The notes beneath the pieces were generated by a model. That model worked only from the letters and a program-made list of their open reading frames with translations, was not told the DNA's origin and did no database searches. Shown here piece by piece: positions 13,801-24,600 of a stretch of DNA of 64,000 nucleotides; the stretch's first letter is position 1, and each line of letters begins with the position of its first letter. Both the position numbers and the translations under genes were made by a program. Source of the stretch: Catajapyx aquilonaris. Its lineage: Eukaryota. Where the stretch lies: assembly GCA_000934665.2 (NCBI GenBank), contig JYFJ02001209.1:1-64000 (forward strand), in the 5' to 3' direction.

Positions 13801-15892
13801 GTTCATGTCTATCGAACCCTAAAGGGGTTCCACATGCCTTCCTAGAGAAGCATAGTGAAGCAACAATGACGTCACCCGGATACGAAAAAAAAAAAAAGGT
13901 GTCGACATTGCCCGGTTGGAAATACATCACAATTTCGGGACCAACAATTAGCAAAACTCACCAGCTTATTCCCCGCCACCATCTTGCCGCCTTCACTTCT
14001 AATAAACACCCACAAAAGAAACCGGCCGGCACCCACTAAAATGCACCACCTCCGAAGCCCGATCCGCAGGAACTAAGGACTGGTGGTAGGGGCTCCCCTA
14101 TCTCTCCGCAAGTGCTGCACCTTGGTGGGCACCAAGGCCGTCACGGATGGCGCAACACAGACCAACCTCCTCCGCCGAGGTTCCCCCATAAGTATATTAA
14201 GACTGAAGAACTTCAGCAGCTGCCGAATCGGGTCTTCCGGTCGACCGTTTGTAATTTCGTGGGTGGAACACTGAGTCATACACACTCCCAAAAAAAAAAG
14301 TGTTCAACGGACACCCAACGGTCTACTAAATGGTACAAATTGCTGTGGCAGTGCCCAGAAGGTGGTTACGGATTGTTGACCCTAATGGACACAGTTCCTA
14401 ACGGTCAGCTTAATCATATTTGTGGACCCCCATACAGTATTGTGATGACATGGGCAACGGAGTGGAAACTCACACCAGGGCTACATACGGAAATTGCACT
14501 TTTGCTTTGGATGGAAACGGTCATGGATGGCAATTCTCCTGGATTTATTTTTTTTATTATCTGCGAATTCTTCCCCCGTGTGATTACATTTCATGGTCAC
14601 TAGATGCGCTATATCAGAATCACAGTGCTTTTGCAACAAGATTGCTTCAGGCAGCATCCGGTTGCTTGATAGGATCGGTACGCACTAGGTAGCTCGTTAC
14701 AGGTGCGATAGTTTTATTAAATCTGCAATAGCAGCTAGCAAACCAATGCACCTCAAACCCTGTCGTGACTACAGAACAGCAAAGAATAGATCCAAAAATA
14801 GTCGCCGCACTGCACTTAACTGACCTGCATCGGTAAATCAATAGAGGAAAGGGAAATGAAATGGCCTTGCTGACGGGCAGGTGCTTTTTCATGTATAACC
14901 TTCCCTTTGCATGTGAAAAAGTGGTTCCAACAAGGCATATGTCAAAACTGTGAAACGCATAATAAAATTACACCTCAAGCCTACACACACACACATTATG
15001 TAACGACAACATTATTCATTGCACGTGAGTTTTTTCCCCTCCTCTGCGACTCTTCCTAAGCACAAAATATAATGGAAGTGTAAAAAAAACACGAATCGCA
15101 CATTCAAAACCGCTTTTCACAACGGCTTGCATTTTTCTTACTACTACATTGCTAATTATAGCACAAACGTAGTACTTCCAAGTAAGAAACCTCAAGGCTC
15201 CGGTTGACGAATCAATACGAACCCGTAATTTCATGAGTGCATACCAAAGCATGACGTAAATTGCAAACAAGATGAGGAAAAATGGCTTATTTCTTATCCG
15301 GCACATGTTTACCATGGTGACAGAAAACACTGAATAAACTATTTCATGGACTTGGATTTCCTCAGATATGACACTACACGTTCCTGATTCCAGTTGTTTT
15401 TATCAAATGAGATCACACATAAAATACTAATTTCCATCCAACTTTGCTATAAAGTCAATGGGGCGTCCTCTCCCACATTGACAGGCCATGAGAGAGCACA
15501 TTATCAAGATAGCTACACCAAGTTCATAGTACGATAACTTGGCGGGAGTACTCGCATATATAATGTGCAAATAGGAAAACAGAATCTCGAGTGTTGCCAA
15601 ACAACTAGTGCTAAACTGTGTGGCCAAGAACTAATGTAACACTTTAATAGATGAAATGTGCCTGTTGAGTCAGTGACACAGTAACCAAAATATTGACATC
15701 CGAGAATTTCATATTCCAGTCATACAGCTACTTGGCTTTGATTACAAATCTAATCTACATAACGGATGTTGCGGCTTTGCCTTAAAAGGGCTAGGTACAA
15801 ACCCTTGCAGGTTACACTTTCCATTCACGATACACAATAGCAGATGTCACACTGGCAAAGAAATTGAGGACATCACTTACCGGCTTTGGCAT
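4808..15892 (-). CDS. Moe: Moesin/ezrin/radixin (ERM) homolog, 570 aa
   Basis: Coding exons 15881-15892 (MPKP), 10983-11162, 8505-8609, 8274-8443, 8133-8216, 7914-8060, 7360-7831, 6755-6901, 5670-5900, 4808-4972; all GT-AG and phase-consistent (1713 nt). FERM domain ([33 protein letters not shown]), coiled coil, and C-ERMAD ending [26 protein letters not shown]. Confidence 0.98.
5047..5559. mobile_element. ~510-bp foldback DNA element with long imperfect inverted arms in the last moesin intron
   Basis: Ends TAGTCAGAACATTAAGGGA / TCCCTTAATGTCCTGACTA. The arms align over ~200 bp with indels, and the mirror pseudo-ORFs [11 protein letters not shown] (+5104) and [11 protein letters not shown] (-5513) confirm the symmetry. 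Confidence 0.85.
6010..6416. mobile_element. Putative piggyBac-type MITE remnant
   Basis: 10-bp terminal inverted repeat CCCACTGCAA / TTGCAGTGGG flanked by TCAA (6006-6009) and TTAA (6417-6420). Confidence 0.45.
7053..7224. mobile_element. PIF/Harbinger-like MITE in a moesin intron
   Basis: ~33-bp imperfect inverted repeat 7060-7092 / 7186-7218 (TTTACATGTGAGCAATTTG... / ...CAAATCGCTCACATGTAAA) with TTA/TAA flanks. Confidence 0.65.
13742..13757 (-). other. Candidate alternative first coding micro-exon of moesin (Met-Glu)
   Basis: Minus strand CACC ATG GAA | GTAAGT: strong Kozak context, consensus donor, phase 0 matching the exon that starts at 11162. Confidence 0.4.
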
Positions 15893-18800
15893 TCTGGAAG
15901 ATGGCTGCTGTCACCCCTGGCAGTAACTTGATTCCTGCAAGGAGAATAAAGAATACATCAGTCTTTGCCCTTTGTCCACCTGGAGGTTGAACTCAAGTCT
16001 GAGAAACAGGGTGATCACCCTGGCAAAATCATACAAGCAGCTTCCCTGCTTGGCAATGAGAAACAGACGTCACATTGTATGCAAACCAGGGTGGCAGCAT
16101 GCACAGCGGCAGTTTCATTAGAACCTGCCAAACCCCTCTGCAGTCACCTCTCACTCCGCCCCCACCTGCCAGTTATCCGTGGTACAATGAAACATGGTCC
16201 AAATCGTACTTCTCGCAGGCACCGCGAGATTAAAAAATATAATACTCCACTACTACGAATTACAATTTCTGTGGTAGACTACACTAGCAGTGAAATTCCA
16301 AATCCGAGATAAGAAAAGTTATTATGGCATGCACAATGCAAAAACTATCTCATTTGGCATGCTTCAACATTCGCTGTTTCCCGAGATATCGCCCCATAGT
16401 CATGCTCGAGTTGCAGTTAATGACCAGTGTTTACTTTCCATCAGCAGCTCACAAGAATAGTTTCACGATAACAAGCTGAAGCTAAAAAATACACCAGCAA
16501 TAACTCTTATCATGTCCAGCTAATGTAAGCATGCAATCCTTGCTGGCTTAAAATACACCACAAGAACTCCCCTCTTGCAGTAAGCAAAATGTAAACATCC
16601 AAGACAACAACCACATGTTTGAATGGCATGCACAAACGGCCAGGGCCACTGTCCCAAAAATTACAATTTTTAATTTGGAAACTGTGGCCCTTTTAAAGCA
16701 GAAAATATCTAGTTTTATCCACAAGGCCCTCTTGGCTATACAACTTCACAGTATACGCTACATTCATGCCATTCATGCAATGAAATCGTGCAGGACCTGC
16801 AGTGTAAGAAGTTCACACAGCATTACGGCCCATGAGTTCAAAACACCATGGCTGGGTAACAAAGCTAAGTCGACAACACAGTCCTTCCACTTTCAAGTCT
16901 TCAATTTCTGAAAATACACACATTGAAACAGGTGGTCAGTTTCCCCACATGCGTAAAAGCTTGTTTTAAAAATTACGACCTTCCCTACAACACGACCATC
17001 TGATTTGCATTTGTGACTGCATGTAATGAAAGGAATTTCTTTCTCCTTCCAGAGCCATAACATTTTAATACTTCCTCAGGTGCTTGCATACTACTCGAGA
17101 CTAATCTGCTAAAAAAAATTTGAACTCGAGCCAATCTGTTAAATACCTAACATCACATGATGCTCCAATTATGGATAAATAGTCACCTTTTTAAATTACT
17201 CATCACCTGATAAGGTTATTGCATGATGGTTTTGCAATAAGCCAGGAATGTTTGCGGTTAAATGAGCAAAGGCTTTTCCGTGAAGAACATACATTCACTT
17301 TGTTTTTCCGTGTAGGCCCGTTCCTCCACATTCATGATCAGCAAATGTGATGATTTATTTCCCTGTACGCCACAGCAATTAATCATAAGCAATCGACAAA
17401 GCTTGTCATACTTGGAGTTACTGCCTTCGACTAAATTACACTAAGTGCCCATCAATGGTCTTGCACTGACGTAGTCCCTTGAATATTGGCCAAGTGCCAA
17501 AGCAAGCATATCTTTCTGAAAATAATTGAGGATTGCTTCACTGCGTAATTTTGGCCTGGCATACACTTACTGATAACACACAGTAATATCTGTAACATAC
17601 TTGAAATAACAAACAAGTTTCTGGCACAGTGTTGCTCAATGTAGAAACTCACACAGTATTTTTAAGGCCACTGAGAAGTTATGAGTATAATGACGGAGTG
17701 TCTGGAAATATCTACACAGGCCATACACAAGTGCTATAAATTTCCAAGATTAAACTTGACTGAGAGGAATCCTTGTCAATCAAGGTCAAGGTTGAAACCA
17801 TTTTCTCCAGGCCAGATTGCCCTGAATTCAGTTAAAAGGACCCTTCCTCTCAACAAAATATGACAATGTTCCTTATGCTTTGAAAGTACACAAGAACATA
17901 TTAACGATAAAATGTTGGAGGCTGAATCAGTTCGTTGGAAGAGTACTGTTCACTATACATAAAACACTAAGATTATTTTGACTAACTTAAATGACCCACG
18001 ACTCTGAAGAGATATACAGTGAAAGGTGCACTTAATTTTGAACGTGAGCAAGCTATCTTTTTCCTTCTAGCAAACTTGTTGCAATGGCTGCCATGCATAT
18101 AAATCATAAATTGTGAGGCTTAACAGAAAATGTGCATGAGCGTGAGTCATTTGATAGCACCATGTTTTGCACCAATCGGGGCTAGAGGGTTAAGCCTTTT
18201 GAGATATATCCTAGCATCCCTTATTGTCACATGATCCAAATCATGAATCAGTGTGGCCACTGCTCTCGGTTGGCAAGTTTTCATCCTACGACCCATCAGT
18301 GCTGATGCTGCAGCCAGGGAAGAGTACTGATATCATATCGGCAACAAAGAACAATGACTTCTAACAATGTTGACAATAAAACTAGCAATTATGGCCTGTG
18401 ACATCAGAACCCTCGTCTGGTTGCAGCAACTTTTCATCTCTCAGGCGCAAGCCTTCGACTATACACACCCGCAAACAAGTTTTAACCACCATCAGCATTG
18501 CTGTGACAAGCTGCGACAAGCTTATTGGCCATACAATACCAGGTCAAGACAGTAATAAATTTATTAACAAACTGCAAAAAATGTGTTCGTGAATATGGCA
18601 GAAAATTCCTGTAGCCAGCAGGGATGTCACATGGAACAATCATGCTGCATCGATGAGGGACCACTGCACTGTTCTAGTCCACGTATACTCGTGTGTGGAT
18701 GGGCAACTAGCTCGGTGCACAAGCGCATACCGATAACCACTGCAGGTCTGACCCTCCCGTTGCTTGCTGTCAATATGGGGCTGTCACTGACACGACCTGT

Positions 18801-18953
18801 AGGCACCACAGCCAGGTCACTTCCACACACACACCTGTTGCCAACCTCCTGTCTGTCACCCCATCCAAGGTGACCTCTCCGAGTGCCTATAGGCCTACTC
18901 CCCCATTCCTCCCAACCCCCGACCCTTCCCCGGTGGCCAATGTGTGGTTTTAC

Positions 18954-19330
18954 CTGATGCTGATGGATGAAGCCGGGTGCTGGGAACCGGGCGTGTCACT
19001 TCTTCGGGCTGCTGATCCTCCTTCCGCGGTGGTTGTGGCGGCGGGTGCCGACGAGGGGTAGGGGGTAGGTAGTCCCTGCGTGTGGCGGGAGGCGGACTAG
19101 CTCAGACGGCAGGAGCGGGGGGCGTCGTCCGGAGGTTGCGACGTGGAAACCCAGTCAGCCTCCTATGTGCACTAGGCCTAGCTCGGGGGGAAATAGGGCC
19201 GATTCGATGATGAGGTTTAGTTCGGGAAGGAGGGAAGGATGGGTGGGGAGGGAGAGACCGGGAATTGCAGCCAATCAAAAAGCAGAACTGACGAATACGG
19301 ACCAATCAGAAGCAAGGAAACTGGCACGTG
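18954..19330 (-). promoter_or_regulatory. Moesin promoter and first non-coding exon
   Basis: CpG/GC-rich island, donor CAG|GTAAA at 18954/18953, CCAAT boxes at 19271-19275 and 19302-19306, E-box CACGTG at 19325-19330. The next exon (15881-15934) has a good acceptor. Confidence 0.6.
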
Positions 19331-19588
19331 TAAACGGGCGATGCGTCGGGGTCGTCAGCAGCATAGCGGCTGTTGCAAAGCAGCTATCCGGCCATAAGCG
19401 GCTATTTTGTAGCGAAATAAGGTCGACAGGGTGCACTACATGTCCTGCAGTTGAATACAGTGCACCTTGAGCAATCCCGCGTTACACAAATTACGGCACT
19501 TTCACAAGTACCTCACGTAATTTGTGTACTTTCCTGCCTCCATGGGTACATTATTAGTCACATGACACAAGTCCATCGTAACACTTTT

Positions 19589-19594
19589 TTTATT
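19589..19594 (-). terminator. Probable TULP4 polyadenylation signal (AATAAA)
   Basis: TTTATT on the + strand at the distal end of a ~2-kb AT-rich stretch downstream of the TULP4 stop, just before the moesin promoter. Confidence 0.45.
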
Positions 19595-21657
19595 TGTCAC
19601 AGTAACACATAATGCGTATATGAACTATAATCAATTAGTTTGTTTTTTTTCAATTAGAAATGATATGAGGAAATTCAATTTCAAGGTCAGATCCTTTGTG
19701 GCCATTTAAAACTCAGTCGTTTGATTTGAACCCAATTAACTCTCATGGACTGTAATATATGGAAGTACGTTATGTTATGTATAAACAAGATGACAAAGAG
19801 ATAAACAGTAGGGAGGGGGATTATTTAAAAAAAGAAATTATATTATACAAGTAATTAAATAGCGAACAAGGATAACTACACTACCAACTTTAACATGAAC
19901 TAATAAAGAGTCCTCATTTAAAAAATTTCACGATAACCATAGATAGAGATCTAGTAAAAAAAAAACTTGTCTTCGTTACCTACTTTCAAACTCACAACGC
20001 AACAATACAGTTTACAGTTAGGTTGCACTGCAAAGTAAAATCCTGCCTACAGTGAATGTGCACTGACCCTTGACGGTCACTTTGGACATGCAAAATGGCC
20101 GTCAAAGGTTAGAGGGAACGAGACAGCTGAGCGTAACATGCCCGTCTTATCCCAGAATGACCCAAGTGCCAATTTGCACCGGAAAAGAGTGACGGCAAAA
20201 GACAGCTGTCTCGAAATGCATAACAGGAGAAGCAAAAAACAGAGTGGTATTCCCTTTCGGCAGGGCTCCGTGATGGACGAGGCACATGGACCAAACAAAT
20301 AAAGTAAGTGACAAGTGAAAAACAGTGGCCACTGATTACACCCAAACATGGACAGTGGTTCGAGTTCATGGAAAAACGTACTCGCATCCAGCATCACAAT
20401 AGAGAGCTGATTTGTTTTTTTGTATTATTCTATTTTTTTTTCATGAAAGAGCACCCACTGAGTACCAAAGAATTACATAGTACAAAATACATGCTATTTT
20501 TGTTATTACGTTACTGCAGTACAATAATAATGGTAATAATAATAATAATCAATGTAATATGATATTGCACTCAAGCGCTTTGCTGCTTATTCGCAATTAT
20601 TATGTATAATAAAATAGGATGACAAAAAAACTAAACACATTGCAAACAATTCAACCATCTTTGCTTTTTAAAAAAATACATGCATTGTGATTGCAACCAT
20701 ATACACACTTTTTTTTGCACGCTGAACCATGTCAAGAATGATTTTGTAACAAACCATCAAAGAGTTCACAACATTGCAAAAATTGGGGAATGAGGGGGAG
20801 GGGGTAAAGGAGTTGAAAAATGCAACAAAAGGCTCTTCGCTGTAAAAAGTTTCCACGAAACCAGCAAATACATGAATAAGCACCATGTGAAAACGAGGGC
20901 CTTTTTTTCTTTTTTTTTTAACTTAGTGCACACTGACTTGCACTCCCAAAAAATTTCTCTTTGCAAACAAACAGTGATAAGCAGCACACTTCTGCGATAA
21001 ATTACAGAGCATCATAATAATAATATTAATAATAAATATTCCAACAATATATAATATTGATGTCTTTTTCATCTATGGTAGATCATGACAAAACAAAAAG
21101 CAGAGACTGGAGTCCTCTTTTTGACTTCTCGTGGAATCTCACAGATCTTAGATATAACCTCCATTTTTTGGTTTGCTTTATCAAAGCGCTTCTGCAGTGA
21201 CTAGTAGCTGTCATGATCTACCATGAGCACCTACAGGCAAATGAACCGAGCTCGACTTTTTTTTTTTTTTTGTTCCTTGCAAACAAGAATGGCAAAGCCA
21301 CATTGTTTTTTTTTCCAAGTACTTAGTACGTGGTTAAAAAGAAAAGAAAATCCACCACACAGCTTCGGCTTTTCCTTATAAATCTCTTGTAAACACTGAG
21401 GACTGTGGTAATAGTGACTGAATGATTCATCAATTAGATCTACTTGATAGGTTACACAACAAAATTTCCGGTGGTACTCCCCAACAGTTTTGAATGATTC
21501 TATGTAACTAGTCTTCCCACATGCGCGACACTTTTCCTCATTTTTCCTCCTGTTACAAAACAACGTAAAAGAGACCAAAGTTGTGAGAGGGAAGGGCAAG
21601 GGACGAAACGAAAGTTGCAAAATGTTTCATTGGAAAAGTTCAGTGTCGTAACCTAGT

Positions 21658-24600
21658 TCACTTCAACCTCTGGGTAACATTGGCCAGGGCAACTGCGAAA
21701 GCCTGTAGAGCGGAAAAAGGGTATTGGAAGTCCAGGGTGTATGCATTGCCATCAATTCGTCCAAACTGCATCACCTGCAAAAATATTTTAGAGAACTAAA
21801 GAAGTCAAGTGCAACTGCATAAGTTAACCTGCTTTATAACCCACTTTGAGAAACCTCACCTGTTTTCCCCGGAATTCAATCTGGAAGTTCTTGGCTGATT
21901 CTTGCGTGACCCTTCCTCCAAAATCAAGCTGGTAGACCTGGCTATTCTCGTTCCACATTGGAGCCTTGTTATGCATCACAAACTCTCGCCGTCGAGGTGA
22001 GTGTGGTCCCACCTCATATCCCCCTGACCCTGCTGACTCGGTTCTGTGCTTCCCCTTCCTTAGCTGCTGCGGGATGGAATGATAATGGGGTCAAGATAAC
22101 CTGTCTCAGCTACTGGTGTTCTAGCAGCGACTGACTATGCTTGCCTTTTGTCGAAGCTGAGCCTTTTGGAAGCTTTCCAAATCCTTGAAGTTCTTTCCAT
22201 TAACAACCTCATCTCCTGACAGAGTTATCTCTTCATCAGAACTCTCGACCATCTTGTTCTTCCTGTGGCGTCTGGACAGAAGTGGCGAGTTCAGGAGATT
22301 CCTAATACAAAATGCAACATTACATGACGAATTATATCAGCAATGTGGACATAATGGGCCTGCTCACTGAACTAACAAAATATTTGTAATTAATAAAGCC
22401 ATTTGTCCAACACAATGGAGGCACAGCCGTCAACATGATTCTAGTGCTCACCTGATTGGCGAGGACGACTGACTTTTGCTGGCCTTTTTCCGCATGGCAG
22501 GACTGGATGGACTGCTGCGAGGCATGTGCAGGCAGGACCTGTGAGAGGGGGACGGGGATGGAGGCAGAGAGGGTGGAGGAGGGGCCACTAATGTTCTCTT
22601 GGGCACTCCCCCTGAAGCCACTTTCTTCTCCACCATTTCTGGCGGCTGCTTCCCTGCCCCACCAGCACTAGCACTGGAAGGTGCAGGCACAGCCGCCGCT
22701 CCTTCTGCCACCTCCTCCTCCCCCTTCCTGGCATTGTGAGCCATGAAGTCGCTGGAGTCCAGACTCCGGCTCTTCCCACATGCTTTGAGCCGTGGCCTTG
22801 TTTTCTCCCTCCCTCGATTGACGAGCACTAGTCGCTTGGGCATCTCCTTAGCCACAGAACGAAGGTCTTGTGCTTGGGCCACAGCCACTGCTGCTGCCTG
22901 CACATCCACCAAGTCCAAAAACCCAACGCTAACACTTCTCACCAGATGGTCCATGATGCTTGGGGCCAGCTGGTATCCAGGCTGGTCTGCTTCTGGTCCA
23001 GTCCATGGTCTGGGGTTCCCCCGACTGGGATTGACTGGTGGGGGTTCCTTAGGAGGGGTACCCCTTTCGATAACTGCCCTGGCCACCAAACCCAACTTGA
23101 CCCGCTGGACCCCACCAGCAGCAGTCACTAGTTCAGCAGGACTGAACTCCCCACCCACCAGCTGCACCTCCGAGACCTCACTGGGAGCCACATTGCGCTT
23201 GGGTGATTGTGGGACGCCCTCACAGCACAGGCCCCCAGTGTGGTGGTGGCGGGGAGGTAGGGAACTGGGGCCCCGATGGTGGTGGTGGTGATGGTGATGG
23301 TGATTTGGGGTGGTGCTCCCAGCACTGTTGCAGGCATTACCACCACGAAGTGACTCACGAAGGTAAAGCACCTCTGGATTCACACTCAGGTCCACGTAAG
23401 GGTACTCATCTGAGTCATCATAGCCATTGCTATCATACCTGGGAGGCAGAAGAAAACGCCATAAATAATGTGAATAGCATGATAATAGTGATTATACTGC
23501 ATTATCAACAGGTACTGAGAAGCAGATGCTAAAAGAGACACCATCAGCCTACCTGAGCCCCAAATTGGATAGATAATCATTCCGTCCTGTGGCTGTCCTC
23601 TGGCGGGAGAGGCGTCTCCTGGCACCCGAAAGAGGAGAAGAGTGATGCCCGCCAAACACGTCGTTGAGCAGGCTTGCAGTAGCAGTCTCTACATCTGACA
23701 ACACTGGAGGTTCATATACAAGTGACGCCACCACTGCACAAAAAGGAACATGGAAACCAAAATAAATGATTTAGATGGTCAGAGAGAGTACTCACGTCCT
23801 TCCTCCTCATCTTCAGAGAAGACGTTTGGATTGAAGGAAGGGTCTGGCCCCGGAAGGACATCATCTCGTAGTTCCGTTATCACGAGGGTCATCTGGCGAG
23901 GCTGCAGGTGCAGGAGTGATGTCTTGTATGTTACCTGGCGGAATGGGTCAGGTATGACATACGAATCAAAACAATTAACTCTCTACACAATCTCTGAATC
24001 AAGTAACAAAATATCTACATGGAGTGTACAATTAACTCACTTGTAAGGCAAAAAGTAACAAAGTATACTGATTTTCAAGGTCATCTTTGTTTAGGTCAAC
24101 AAAATTTATGAACTGTAGTGTCACAAAACATACTTGGTAACCGTGTGGCACTTCAAAAATCTAGTGCCAACTTTTAATAATCTGCAACGTTTTCCAGTGA
24201 CAAAAATTGATCATGTTATGGCTCATGCTAGCACAGTACTGTAATGAGCATATACGCATACAATTAAAAAATTTCGTGTATATGAACAAGCCCAATCAAG
24301 AAGTATTTGTCCACCTTGATAATTGGCTGGCCAAAGAATTAAAAATGCATCCCACAGGGCATGTAAAGCTACGAGAATGCATAAGTTTTTTTTAAAAATC
24401 CCTGCCATCCTTTCGCAGCCACCCATTTGTCCCAATGACCTCACTTCATTCTGCCAACTTCTCAGGATGGGCAAATATTCTTATACTGTTTGGACCATGT
24501 GGTATTACATGTGTAATTACTACGTAAAGTTTCATTCTGACTGAATATGTAACTCTCAAGCATTTCAAACATTTGCAACAACATTAAAACATTAGGGAAA

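Noticed and set aside
22743..23291. 182-aa antisense ORF and other long antisense ORFs (7360-7891, 49119-49637, 52198-52695, 61672-62148)
   Set aside because: Shadows of GC-rich real exons on the opposite strand; no independent splice signals or recognisable motifs.
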